From Selaginella moellendorffii (lineage: Eukaryota > Plantae > Lycopodiophyta), in NCBI RefSeq assembly GCF_000143415.4, contig NW_003314294.1:546692-610691 (forward strand): a stretch of 64,000 nt of DNA. Reading direction: 5' to 3'. Below are positions 10,332 to 23,099 of the stretch, piece by piece (the stretch's first letter is position 1; each line of letters begins with the position of its first letter). The notes beneath the pieces were generated by a model, which saw nothing but the letters and a program-made list of their open reading frames with translations, had not been told where the DNA came from and ran no database searches. A program made the translations under genes and the position numbers.

Positions 10332-13300
10332 ATGGCGTGGGGGAGCGCTCTCTGGAGGCGCGTCAAGGTGTTCCGGGTAGCATTGCAGGTCTTCTTGGAT
10401 TACAGGGTGCGTATCTCTTGCTTTTCGAGAGCTTGCGAGTGATCCACCGGTCGAAAATTTCCAGGCCGCGCGCAAGAAGGCCGCTGGATTGCCCAAGGAG
10501 GATCAGAACCTGCTGTGGGATCGCATCCACCACAGGAATGCCGAGCGCATTTTGGCGGCGATCACCGAATTGGAGGGACTGTGGGTGAAATTTGGGCAGT
10601 ATTTATCCACTCGAGCGGATGTTCTTCCGGAAGCTTACATCTCCATGTTTCGCCAGCTCCAAGACTCACTACCTCCTCGTCCCATTGCCGAGGCAACTTG
10701 CTTTCCTCATTTTTTATTTTTTTTGTTCTCTCTTTTATTGATCCTTCTCTTTCGCCAGGTATCCGCTACTATAGAAAAGCAACTGGGAAAACCACTGGAC
10801 GAGCTGTTCTTAGAGTTCGACCGGAAGCCTTTCGCTACTGCCTCAGTCAGTTTCTTTCGCCTTCGATTCTTTTTTCTTGTCTTGGAACTCAAGCTAACGT
10901 ATTGCTTTTTCAACACAGATAGCGCAAGTTCATCGGGCGCGCATGAAGGACGGCCGTGATGTTGTAGTGAAAGTCCAACATCAAGGCATTAAGGAGTGCG
11001 TTTTACAGGTTCTACATTTTAACACCTTTTAGAGGTATTTGTAGCGTAGAGACTTAATTCTCATGCCAGCCATTGATCGGGATTCGCTTGTCCAGGACTT
11101 GTACAATGCACGAGTGATTGTTGAGTGGGTCGCATGGGCGGAGCCTGATTACGATTTCGGCCCTGTTCTGGACGAATGGTGCAGAGAAGTTCCCCAAGAG
11201 TTGAATTTCAACCAGGAAGCGGGTACGGACATTTCCATGCATTCTTTGTTTTTTATTTCCTTCATCTACTTCTACTTTTCTTCTTCTCCAGAAAACACCA
11301 AGAAAGTAGCACACAACCTCAAATCATGGACCAAAGACGGTACCATCAATATTGATTTTGTTGATGTGCTTCTACCTGAAGTTGTTCAGGTTCATGTCAA
11401 GCTTCTTGAAATCCAAGCTGCTGTAACTCGAGTTTTGTTGTTTGTTGTTAACAGTCAGCCGAGAAAGTCCTGATTCTCACGTACATGGATGGAGTTCACA
11501 TAAATGATGTGGCTGGCCTTGATAGACTAGGCGTGGACAAGCAAGCTGCTGTCGAAACTATCACCCGGGCATACGCTCACCAGATATACATCGACGGATT
11601 TTTTAATGCCGATCCTCATCCTGGCGAGTGAACTGAAACTAATTCCTAAAATGCTAACATCTTTTCGTGAACAGGGAATTTTCTAATAAGTACTCAACCA
11701 CCTTTCCGACCAATTTTACTTGACTTCGGGCTCACAAAGTCCATCTCATTGCCTTTTAGGCAGTCACTGGCGAAGATGCTTCTTGCTGCTGCCGAGGTAC
11801 GTCGAAAACAAAACAATGCGTGCTAATACTGCTTTGTGTAGGGAGATTATTCTGCTTTGTTGTCCGCATTTTCTGAGATGGGGCTTGTTCTGAAGCTGGA
11901 CATGCCAGAAGAGGCGATGGAAATCACCAACTTTTTTTTCCGTCGTTCTTTCCCGGCTGAGGAATCTGTGGTAAGGTTGTTTTACGTATTTGGACTTTGA
12001 GAACATTGAAACTTGACAGGCCGAAATGAAAGAGCTCGTCAAAGATAACGATAAGCGCATCCAACGTTTAAAATCCAGGATGGACAGTAAAGAGGCTCTT
12101 CGTACTCCAGTAAGTGGTCATGTTTCGAATATTGAAAGACCAATTTCCGTGACGCTTTCAGGTTTCTGCTTTCCCAACTGACGCTGTGTTTTTCATGCGA
12201 GTCCTAGGCCTACTAAGGGGTAAAGCTCTTGTGACTTTCAGAAAGAGTGGAGAGTCATTAGGATGTTGCAGGACTCTCTTCGGTACTCGGTGCGAGAGTG
12301 GTTTATCTTGAGATCATGAAGCCATACGCAGAAGCAGTACTATATAGGTTTGTACTGTTTCTATTTGCTGTAGTTTGACACGAAATTAATTGCAGTGGCG
12401 GTCGCTCTAATGGTGGGAACGAACTACCAATTTTTGATAGTCCATTGCATTCTCAGGCTGAGGTCAAGCTCCATCAACTTTTACGTGAGATGCACAAGCA
12501 ACAACGGATACTTGGTGTTCAAGTAAGTTTTTTCTATACCAGTTTTAGTTTAGAACAATGTTTTCCAGGTTTGTGCGTACAAGGATGGAAAAGTTATCGT
12601 CGATACAGCGGCTGGTTACCTTGGAAAGTATGATCCTCGCCCGGTGCGTTGTGACAGTTTGTTTCTGGTGTTCTCCGCCACAAAAGGAGTTACGGCGGCC
12701 TTGTTACACTGGCTTGCAGATCACGGGTGAGATTTTTGCGGTTATGCCACTAAGGCTGACATCATTTGTACTTCGTTTCCTAGAAAACTATCGCTGGCGG
12801 AAAAGATTTCCAGCATCTGGCCCGAGTTTGCGGAGAATCACAAGGACGCTTGCACAGTAACATTAAATCTTAGATTTTCCTTGTGAGTCTCATTTTCTGT
12901 ATGACAGGTTGCACATGCCTTGAACCATACCTGTGGCCTACAAAATGCGCTGTATGATGTGCTAAGCAAGAATCCTCTGGCTATGTGCGATTGGAGTGAG
13001 ATGCTAAAGCTCATTGCAGCCGCCAAACCAGAATCACCCCCTGGCCAAGATCAAATGTACCATGGTCGTTCTTTTGGATGGATATGCGGTGGGATAGCTG
13101 AGGTACGACGTTTCTTTGACAGGCCTCGTGCAGTTTTACATTTCTTTTTCTTTACTTGCAGAAAGCAACCGGGAAAACATTCCAACAACTTATCGAAGAA
13201 GCGTTTGTTACACCGCTGAATGTTACTGGCGAGTTTTACGTCGGCATTCCTCCTGGTATAATGCAGACATTCTCTAGTCTATGACATGCGTTATAAAACA

Positions 13301-14061
13301 AACGTTTCTTACTGGCAGGCGTGGAGGAGCGCCTCGCATCGCTCACTATGGATCCCGAGGAGCTCAAGAACATACCCGCGGCATCGCATCTCTCGACGCT
13401 GCAAGTAGGGTCGACTAGCGATGGCGTCGGACCAGCGTCACTCGAAGACTTCCTGACAAACGGATCGCCTCTGTCCTTGAGCTCGCTGCCAAGCCTTTTC
13501 AACATGCTCTTCATCAGGCGGGCAACCATCCCATCTGCAAACGGCCACTTCTCGGCCCGGGCACTGGCGCGCTTCTACGCGATGCTTGCAAGTGGTGGAC
13601 GCGTCCCCCCCGGCACGTCCTCGTCCAAGCCACCTCTCGGCAGCCACGCTCATCGACCGCACCTGGGAGGATCCTCGAGGAGCTTGTCATCAGACTTGAG
13701 TGGGGGCCAGATCCACTTCCAGGAAGAGGAAGACGCACCGGCAAAGATCTTCACCAGTGGTGACATCCACGACGCGTTTGTAGGGGGCGGGAGGTACAGC
13801 GGCCTGGTTGCTAGAGACGGCGAGAAGTTTGGGCTTGGGTTTTGGAAGCACAAGACTGCTGATACAGGGAGGAAGAAGATGGCATTTGGACACTCTGGGA
13901 TTGGGGGCTCGTTTGGCTACTGCGACCCCGACAACGATTTCGCGATGGTGATCACGGTGAACAAGATGACGTTCGGGCAAGTGTCGGGTGATATCGTACG
14001 ACTCGTCTGCTCGGAGATCGGGATCCCATGTCCACTGGCGATGGAGAGGCCTTCCCAGTGA
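10332..14061 (+). CDS. ABC1/UbiB atypical kinase fused to a C-terminal beta-lactamase-family domain (ABC1K11/At5g24810-like), multi-exon
   Basis: MAWGSALWRRVKVF..LEGLWVKFGQYLSTRADVLP..LQDSLPPRP; ATASIAQVHRA; VVVKVQH; GFFNADPHPGNF; LLDFGL; lactamase FSATKG (SxxK), HTCGL, YHGRSFGW, PSANGHFSARALARFY, FGHSGIGGSFGYCDP; short introns. Confidence 0.92.
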
Positions 14062-14613
14062 GAGATGGTCCATGTATTAATTGGATCATATAGTAGAAAC
14101 CTTAAACGTTGCATGGGAAGTAAATCGAGTCAACTTATAAAACGAAAACAAGTCTTGGCCTTACGGTGGTCAATGCTGATCTATCATGAAAACAACTTCC
14201 TCGAATACTTGTCCTCTATAGCCGCCTCTTCAGCCCTTGACTAGAAAACCACCTTCGCTCCAATTAATTTGTGGTCAAGAATATTTTTTAAAGATATTTC
14301 TAGGTTTTTAACCCCCAAACCTTGGCGGTTATTTGGATTTTGCATGAAAAACAATGTTTGCAAGTGTAAAAATAATGTGCAATCACATAATGTTTTTATT
14401 TCATATATTTCACATTTTTTTCCAGGCCGCGTAGAACCTCCTTCCAAAACCTGCCATCGTTGCTATACCTACAAAATCAAGTGTCATGTATGCTTCATGT
14501 GGGAATGCAGATCAGCTACTCTCCTAAAAACCTTTTCAATCTAAGTGAAGCTTGCCTATTCTGTTGCTTTCATAACCTAAAAGAATAGTCTTGACCGCAC
14601 ATCTAAGGGTTTC

Positions 14614-15496
14614 ATGGCGGCTTGGCAAGAGCGATGGGGCAGAAGCAGCGTACCGTTTCCATGGGAGGACCTGAATCTGCCGTCTATAGAGCTCTCCCTC
14701 GAGCTAAGCAACCACGAGCAGCGCTTGAAAAGTCTGCCATCATTGGTTACTCAGGCTGGCTCATGCAAGACCTACGGAATGGTGGTAGAGCACCTCTGCG
14801 CAAGGAATACGCTCCTGCCGCCGCAGGACGCTGTGCTCGAGGGGAGGATGACGGTTGCGCTGGATCTGGACAACACACTCATCTCCTTCACGTCACTTCT
14901 CCGGCGGAGCCAGTGTGATTTCGAGGTGAGAGATGATGGCAGTCCAAGTGCATCAAGAAGCGACCGCATCTCGACGAGTTCCTGGACGCCCTGGCGTTGT
15001 TTGCCGAGGTTGTGCTATTCAGCTCGGCCCCCTACGCAGCTCGCGTTGTCAAGCAGCTGGATCCTCGTGGGACTCGCTTCCGGTACGTTCTTGGCCTGAG
15101 TGATTGCACGCTGTGGCACGACACCCGCCTCGGCAAGGAGGCGCATCTGGCAGGGACTTGCGCAAGGTTGTGCTGGTGGACGACGACCCTGGCTTCTTTT
15201 GCCAACCTGGGAGTGGCAACGAGATTGTGAATGGGAAGTTCACTGGGCAGAGGAGCGACGACGGGCTTCTCAAGCTACTTCCTGTGTTGCAGTCTCTGGC
15301 ACAGCTCGACGACGTGAGGCCTGCTGTGTGCACTTATCAGCAGCCTCAAGCACAAGGCAATAATAGTTCACTTGTTCTCGATCTAAAAGCTTCAATGGTG
15401 TTGGTTTTCTACGTAGTTGTGAGAGGTCAAGCGCTGAAGAGGACGTGGCGAATGGCTGTAGAGGACAAGTATTCGAGGAAGTTGTTTTCACGTTAA
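14614..15496 (+). pseudogene. FCP1/SCP phosphatase copy 2 (frameshifted)
   Basis: VALDLDNTL motif; 1-nt deletion near 14945 and a deletion near 15145 split the ORF over three frames. Confidence 0.88.
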
Positions 15497-15589
15497 GGTT
15501 TGGTGAAGTTGACGATTAGAATTAGTTGACCAGAACTAAGACTTGTATTCGTTTATAAGTTGACTCAATGCAACGTGGGGTTTCTTATT

Positions 15590-15827
15590 TGATCCATTTG
15601 ATGCAGAAGGAAACAAACCCGGAAGCGGGTATATCAAAAAGGTGGCAGCAAGAGACATCATGACCATCGTCGCGTGTGAAGGGCTGGATCGAGTGGACAC
15701 GTACCGCATCTGGGATGCTCGGGTGAAGCGAGCAGGCTTCGAAGGGGTGGCAGTGACGGAGGAGATTTACGAGAAAGTGAGTGGCTCCTGCACGAGCAGG
15801 CACAAAGAAGTTAAAGAAAGAATGTAG
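15590..15827 (+). pseudogene. GRAS-B C-terminal fragment of the inverted GRAS pair
   Basis: Same as 4000-4234; IQKVAARDIMTIVACEGLDRV. Confidence 0.85.
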
Positions 15828-15849
15828 CTGGTTATAGGCACAGGGTGGA

Positions 15850-17071
15850 TGACTGGTGTTTGAAGCGCGCTAGCTTCTCAATCGGCTTCCAGACGCTCAA
15901 AGCATTCAAAACTGCGTCTTTCTCGTCCATTCAGCAAGTCAAGTCCTCGCAAACGGACATGACCATCTCGAGCGCTTCCGAGCCAGGCGGTCCCAGGTTT
16001 TGCACGAGGAGATGCGCTCCACATAATGAACTTATCCATGAAGTCAAGCTGCGACTGGTCGATCAACCCGAGCTTCATCGTCTCCTCGAACGACTCCAGG
16101 AAGCTCCTCCAGGCCCTGTCGAAGCGGTGGATAAAAAATGGAGAGCTTATGTCAGCGTGCACCACGGACTGGAACAACATAACAGGCTTGAAGCTGAGGA
16201 TCTTCTCGAAGAAGAGCTTCCGGGGCTGTCGATGATCCCGTCCTCGCAGACGTGCCTCATCCAAAAGATGATATCTCGGCTGCGCTGACTCCCATGCCAC
16301 GGTGGCGATGGAGTGCAACTCGAGGTGCATCCCACACGTAGTCGACCAGCCGGTTTCCTCGAGGTTGACACGGGACGGGAAGTTAATGCCGGTGATCTTG
16401 AATAGTGGCAGCCCCTCGGCTATCTCGGACAGCACCTTGATGAGCGACGGCCACTGATCGCCATAGAGGACCCCATAGTTAATTATGTGGACGCGCTTGG
16501 CAGGATCATCTGGTTGGTGAAGCGCTCCATGGCCCGGAGGCTGGGAAGATTCATCCGGATGGAGATACTCTGCATCCTCGTCACGTCCTGGTGCATCGCA
16601 GCGTACATCCGAGCTCCACACCCGGACAGCCTTCTCCTCTGGACGCAACTGAGGTGAAGCTAAAGTTCTGATCTGTCTCACGAGCTCATGGACTTGGGTA
16701 GAATTGTTGGCAGCCACGGCGGGCGCAGTCCATGAGCCTTAAGCTGTGGAAAGAGACGGTGGAGGTGCGGAGGAAGACAGGCGGCGTCCATGGACAAGGT
16801 ACTGCTAGCACAAGAATTTGGGGAGAGATAAGGAGACAATTTCCGTGAGCTCGCAGAGCAGTACCTGGTAAGAGGTTTGCTGTTGTTGTGGCAACTTGAG
16901 GAGGAGCTCCAAGCCATCCTTTTCTTCAAGTATTCTGGTGAGATAGTCGAGCCGCGAGCAATCAAAGAGGGACTGCTGCTCCTGGGAAGAGATTTGAGCC
17001 TGGACTGACTCTAGGGGGATTTGATAGCGCACCAAAGCGGCTCGCAGTTGTAAGCATGGATTGCTGTCCAT
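15850..17071 (-). pseudogene. Inverted, frameshifted GRAS-A pseudogene
   Basis: MDSNPCLQLRAALVRYQIPLE..., RVHIINYGVLYGDQWPSLIK, many small deletions relative to 19608-21041. Confidence 0.93.
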
Positions 17072-17259
17072 TTGTACAGGAGTGGCCTTAGGTCGGTAAT
17101 TTACACTTAATTTTAATGCAACTTTGAATATAGAATAAAGGGAAATTTGTTTTGGAGATGGCTACTTGGTGATCATTCGCTAATGTAAATTAAAATCTTT
17201 TAATCAAGATTAGTATTTGCATCAACAGATGACAAGTGTTTTCTTATTATGAGGATTTG

Positions 17260-19305
17260 TTCAAGGACGCTGAACCAGGCTTTGTCACTTATCTGTGACA
17301 AAAAGGCACACAAGATGAGCATCTCGCTCATCCTCTCTCTCACCAAGCAGCCATTTGTGACTATCTCATAAAAAATCCGAGGTATTCGATTGAAGTCCCT
17401 GGCCTGTGGAGCCTTGATGAGCATCATGTAGAAGGCTGCCTTTGGAAACACGGCCAAGTTCTTGAGCTTGGCACACATGGCCCTGACCTCCACCACCATA
17501 CCTTTGGTTCATCAAGATCCTGTAAGTCATATGATCTGGCTAATGCTTCTCCTCCATCTCCTTGATCAAGCTCTCTGCCCTCTGGATGTTGTCACTCTCT
17601 AGAGACACCTTGGGCAACGAGCTTCCATTTCTTCCGCTTGATGGTGTTGTAAGGCCTGGTGTACATGTCGATGCCAGCTAAATGATTCACTCCAATAAAT
17701 TAATTACCTTAACCAGTTGTTAAAATGGAGTCAAGCAAAGTTTGTTTCTATCTATAAGCCTGAATTTGGATTTACTAAAGAAGACAAATAAGCATCCTAT
17801 GATATATGATATCAATAAAATTATTGGAAAGGAAAGTAAATTAGAGTTGATATTGATTTTTGAATGGGCAATGCTTTCATGATGTATGCCCATACATGTG
17901 TATGGATGGAGATGATGACAGACCTAGAAAAAAATGCCATATGTTTACCTACGACATCAAAGCAATGCTGAGCATGTCTAGAGGTAAGGTGGTTGAGACA
18001 AGGGCTTTAATTGTTGATGTAATGGAAGAATTGAATGTTGATCCTTTTGAAGAGATCAAAGAAGAATTCAAACCAAGTGCAAATACTCTTCAGTTGGCTC
18101 CTCTTGAACAAGAACTAGTCAAGGAAGATGGAGTATAGTGATTAATGCCCAATATAAAATATACATTATTTATTATTATTTGTATTAGATGCCCACACTG
18201 CTTTCTGTGTGTCAATTTTGTACACTCCATCATTTTGCATCACTAATATTAATGAAATCAATCTGCCTTCCATAATATTTGTTGGCAAAGTTGAATATAA
18301 AAAAGCAATAATTATTTATAACACTCTCATTCTCAAGCACACCATTCCCATCCATTTGCAATGCAAAGTAGCAACCAGTTTGGCTAGTTTCTTTTACATT
18401 TGCCTTCCACAAGACACCACTTACCTTTTTGACCACCATGTCACACCCATACGGCACCTCCATTGAGTACCACCCATTTTGAGACTCCAACTTTGACCCA
18501 GCGTAGACTCGTGACTTTGGTCCACTCTGGATCATGTTGACATATGGGAAACATGACCCAAGATCGTATAGCATAGAACTCGGACGTGAGTCTTGCTGGG
18601 TTGCCTCGTCAAGCACATACTCCATCCCAAATCTTCCATTAATGATTGTAATATAGTTTGCTCCTGTTGCATACAAATTGTTCAACATTATATGTAGGAG
18701 GTTCTGAAATGCAAAGACAAGTTGGTAGCGTTTAAGGGTGTCGTCATGTGTTGGTGTGGCATCACAGGTGTTGCTGTAAAAGGAGACACGGAGGAGGCAC
18801 TGCTGGCTGCCAACTAAAACAACCCTAGCAAATATACTAGGTGAGACTGGGCCAAGCTGGCATATGATGATTAGGATGCTAAGAGTTATCTCCGACGGCT
18901 CCAAGCCATAGCTTGCCAGCTTGTCAACATCCCTTGGGCGAGCGTGAATTTCCTTGCTCATCCTAGAGTTCCAATCAAAATGTTAAAGAGAACTTGATCT
19001 TGCACTTGCTCCATGTCTGGAAGAGCCCCAAGATCACCTGTTAGTCCCCAACTCTCGAGTAGATGTTTGTGATCACACCAAGTTCAAGATGAGGGAATTG
19101 CCCACCTGGATCTGGACTCGATGGTCACACCAAGTCGGGCTTCCAGTTCTTCCGCATTATCTAGTAGAGGTCCATGGTCTCTGCCGTTCTTGCAGCCTTC
19201 CTGTAGAGGTCGATCATGACACTGTATGTAACTCTGTCAAAAGAAACCCCGGTTTCACAAAGCGGCCATGGCATCCTCAGCTCAACCGCAACACTTGGAA
19301 CAGCT
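17260..19305 (-). pseudogene. P-class PPR relic interrupted by a ~1.2 kb insertion (17674-18872)
   Basis: Colinear with the uninterrupted copy at 23170-23997 (EITLSILIDMYTR is contiguous there). Confidence 0.75.
18168..18872 (-). pseudogene. Bulb-type (GNA-like) lectin-domain gene relic inside the insertion
   Basis: GSKLESQNGWY, GCDMVV..GVLW, GCYFALQMDGNGVL and, after a frameshift near 18310, LVMQNDG..Y..AVWASNT; homologous to 37695-38657. Confidence 0.8.
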
Positions 19306-19607
19306 AACAAAGATGCTGAAAGTGTAGTTGTCCACTCCCTTATATTAAACCCTTGTTTTTAGTAAAGAACTTTACCACTGTGTTGTAATATACATCCACC
19401 CATACCAAGTATACATCCCCTCCACACTTTGTCTTTTATCTCTGTAGCAAAATAAACTAGTCCACCAGATTTTCTCCTCCTTTTCAATTCTCAATATTGT
19501 TTAAAGACTTTTTAATCTCAATTAAAAATTTTATTTTACATTGGTGGAAAATGTCAAACATAAAATGATAGCTCTCAGTGTAAATTCTTGACCTATGGCT
19601 ATTACAA

Positions 19608-21041
19608 ATGGACAGCGATCTATGCTTGCAATTGCGAGCCGCTTTGCTGCGCCATCAAATCCCTCTCGAGCCAGTCCAGGCTCAAATCTCTTCCCAGCAG
19701 CATCACTCCATCTTTGATCGCTCGCGGCTCGACTATCTCACCAGAATTCTGGAAGAAAACGATGAGGAGCTCCTCCTCCAGCTGCCACAACAACAGCAAA
19801 CCTCTTACCAGGTACTGCTCCGCGAGCTCACGGAATGTCTCTCCCCCAATTCTTGTGCTAGCAGTTCCTTGTCAATGGACACCGCCTCTCCTCCTCATTT
19901 TCCCTCGCGCACCTCCACCGTCTCCTTCCACAGCTTGCTCATGGACTGCGCCCGAGCCGTGGCTGCCAACAATTCCACCGACGTCCATGAGCTCGTGAGA
20001 GAGATCAGAACTTTAGCCTCACCTCAGTCGCGTCCGGTGGAGAAGGCCGCGCTCTACTTCACCAACGCGCTCGTCGCGAGGCTGGCCGGGTGTGGAGCTC
20101 GGATGTACGCCGCGATGCGCCAGGACGTGACGAGGATCCAGAGTATCTCCATCCGGATGAATCTTCCCAGCCTCCGGGCCACGGAGCGCTTCGCCAACCA
20201 GATGATCCTCGATGCCTGCCGTGGTGCCAAGCGTGTCCATATCGTCGACTATGGGATCCTCTACGGCGACCAGTGGCCGTCTCTCATCAAGGCGCTGTCC
20301 GAGAGAGCCGAGGGGCCGCCACTGTTCAAGATCACAGGCATTGACTTCCCGTCCCTTGTCAACCTCGAGAAAACTGGAAACCGGCTGGTCGACTACGCAG
20401 AGTCGTGTGGGATGCACCTCGAGTTCCACTCCATCGCCACCGCGGCGTGGGAGTCAGCGCAGCCGCGATACCATCTCTTCAGCGAGCTTCTCTTCGTCAA
20501 CTGCCAGCTGAGGATGCGGCACATCCGCGAGGACGGAATCATCGACAGCCCCCGGAAGCTCTTCTTCGAGAAGATCCTCAGTTTCAAGCCCGTTATGTTT
20601 TTCCAGTCCGTGGTGCACGCTGACATCGGCTCTCCGTTTTTCATCCACCGCTTCGACGGGGCCTGGAGGAGCTTCCTGGCGAGGCTGGAGTCGTTCGAGG
20701 AGACGATGAAGCTCGAATTGATCGACCAGTCGCAGCTCGATTTCATGGATAAGTTCATCGAGAAGTGCGCCATGGGTGCCATTGCCTGTGACGGGCAGAA
20801 CCGTGTGGAGCGTATCTCCTCGTACAAAACCTGGGATCGCCTGGCTCGGAAAGGCCAGTTCGGACAGCTTCCAGTCAGCAAACGAGCGCTCGAGATGGTC
20901 ATGTCCGTTTGGAGCGGACACGAGAACTTCACGTACGGAATGGACGAGAACTGGCTGCTGCTTGGCTGGAAAGACGTAGTCTTGAATGCTTTGAGCGTCT
21001 GGGAGCCCATTGAGAAGCTACCGCGCTTCAAACACCAGTGA
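19608..21041 (+). CDS. GRAS transcription regulator, LISCL-like (GRAS-A copy 2), 477 aa
   Basis: Intact ORF near-identical to copy 1. Confidence 0.95.
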   Translation: MDSDLCLQLRAALLRHQIPLEPVQAQISSQQHHSIFDRSRLDYLTRILEENDEELLLQLPQQQQTSYQVLLRELTECLSPNSCASSSLSMDTASPPHFPSRTSTVSFHSLLMDCARAVAANNSTDVHELVREIRTLASPQSRPVEKAALYFTNALVARLAGCGARMYAAMRQDVTRIQSISIRMNLPSLRATERFANQMILDACRGAKRVHIVDYGILYGDQWPSLIKALSERAEGPPLFKITGIDFPSLVNLEKTGNRLVDYAESCGMHLEFHSIATAAWESAQPRYHLFSELLFVNCQLRMRHIREDGIIDSPRKLFFEKILSFKPVMFFQSVVHADIGSPFFIHRFDGAWRSFLARLESFEETMKLELIDQSQLDFMDKFIEKCAMGAIACDGQNRVERISSYKTWDRLARKGQFGQLPVSKRALEMVMSVWSGHENFTYGMDENWLLLGWKDVVLNALSVWEPIEKLPRFKHQ

Positions 21042-21175
21042 TCCACCCTGTACCTACATTCTTTCTGTAACTTCTTTGTTCCTTATCGTGTCCTTTCTGT
21101 AAGGAGACGATTTAAATGTCTTCAAAGAACACTCAAGAGGAACTTACCTTGTCACGGAAGTTCTCAAGTCCATCG

Positions 21176-21535
21176 CTATAGAACCTGAAACATACCAGCC
21201 ACTTGTAGGACACGCTTTGGTCGCCAAGCACTCATCGCGTAGAGCACTGTGTCCTTCCACCCCAGCAACATCCAGTTTCCATCTCTTCCGAAGCCGAAGT
21301 CGGGGTTCCTGAAATTTCCACAAGCGCTCCTCACTTTATCGTAAATCTCCTCCGCCACTGCCACCCCTTCGAAGCCTGCTCGCTTTGCCCGAGCATCCCA
21401 GACGCGATACGAGGCCGCTCTCTCCACTCGATCGAGCCCTTCGCACGCGACGATGTTCATGATATCTCTTGCGGCCCCCTTTTGAATAACTCCGTGCTCT
21501 TCCGGCTTTCCTTCTGCCACCGCTTCAAAGTACTC
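21176..21535 (-). pseudogene. GRAS-B 3' fragment
   Basis: ACEGLDRVER..WMLLGWKDTVLYAMSAW; truncated at the same junction as 8600. Confidence 0.9.
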
Positions 21536-21957
21536 GCTCGGGCAAGTGTCGGGTGATATCGTACGACTCGTCTGCTCGGAGATCTGGATCCCATGTCCAC
21601 TGGCGATGGAGAGGCCTTACCAGTGATAGATGGTCCAAGTATCAAATGGATCAAATAGTAGAAACCTTAAACGTTGCATGGGAAGTAAATCGAGTCAACT
21701 TATAAAACGAAAACAAGTCTTGGCCTTACGGTGGTCAATGCTGATCTATCATGAAAACAACTTCCTCGAATACTTGTCCTCTTCTTTTTTTAGAAATATT
21801 TCTAGATTTTTAACCTGGCCACAAATAACTGGCAGTTGGTGTAAAAATAATGTGATGTTTTTATTTCGTACGCAGCTCCTAAAAGCCTTTTTAATCTAAG
21901 TGAAGCTTGCCTGCTTTAAAAACCTAAAAGAATAGTCTTGGCACATCTAAGGGTTTC

Positions 21958-22879
21958 ATGGCGGCTTGCGATCAGCGTACCGTTTCCATGGGAGGACCTG
22001 AATTAGAGGAGCTACGGAACGCTCTCCCTTGTGTTCTTGCAAAGCTCGAGCTAAGCAACCACAAACAGCGCCAGTGGCTGCTTGAAAACTCTGCCATCAT
22101 TGATTACTCAGGCTGGCTCAGGGAACTGCTAGAATGCAAGACCTACGGAATGGTGGTAGAGCACCTCTGCGCAAGGAATACGCTCCTGCCGCCGCAGGAC
22201 GCTGTGCTCGAGGGAAGGATGACGGTTGTGCTGGATCTGGACAACACACTCATCTTCTCCTCGTCAATTCTCCGGCGGAGCCAGTGTGATTTCGAGGTGA
22301 GAGATGGTGGCAGTCGCAAGTGCATCAAGAAGCGCCCGCATCTCGACGAGTTCCTGGATGCCCTGGCGCTGTTTGCCGAGGTTGTGCTCTTCAGCTCAGC
22401 CCCCTACGCAGCTCGCGTTTTCTGATCCTCGCGGGACTCGCTTCCGGTACGTTCTTGGCCTGAGTGATTGCACGCTGTGGCACGACACCCGCCTTGGCAA
22501 GGAGGCGCAGTTCAAGGATCTGGACATCCTCGGCAGGGACTTGCGCAAGGTTGTGCTGGTGGACGACGACCCTGGCTTCTTTTGCCAACCTGGGAGTGGC
22601 AACGAGATTGTGATTGGGAAGTTCACTGGGCAGAGGAGCGACGACGGGCTTCTCAAGCTACTTCCTGTGTTGCAGTCTCTGGCACAGCTCGACGACGTGA
22701 GGCCTGCTGTGTGCACTTATCAGCAGCCTCAAGCACAAGGCAATAATAGTTCACTTGTTCTCGATCTAAAAGCTTCAATGGTGTTGGTTTTCTACGTAGT
22801 TGTGAGAGGTCAAGCGCTGAAGAGGACGTGGCGAATGGCTGTAGAGGACAAGTATTCGAGGAAGTTGTTTTCACGTTAA
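21958..22879 (+). pseudogene. FCP1/SCP phosphatase copy 3 (one frameshifting deletion near 22420)
   Basis: VVLDLDNTL, KRPHLDEFL, GRDLRKVVLVDDDP; closest to a complete gene. Confidence 0.88.
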
Positions 22880-23099
22880 GGTTTGGTGAAGTTGACGATT
22901 AGAATTAGTTGACTTGTATTCGTTTATAAGTTGACTCAATGCATTCTCTTATTTGATGCAGGAGGAAACCAAACCCGGAAGCGGGAATGGGTGGCACCCA
23001 TGGAAAGCCCTCTGGAATGGGTGGCACCCGGGGTCATGGAAAGCCCTAGAATTAGTCACTGATGCTGTGGTCTCGCGATGTCATCAAACTCATCGTCAT

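Noticed and set aside
12445-14061. Beta-lactamase as an antibiotic-resistance gene or bacterial contamination
   Set aside because: It is the intron-containing C-terminal domain of a known plant ABC1 kinase fusion.
22983-23050. Short duplicated GGAATGGGTGGCACCC/CATGGAAAGCCCT units, CRISPR-like at a glance
   Set aside because: Only two units at a rearrangement junction in a eukaryote; filler duplication with no spacers or cas genes.
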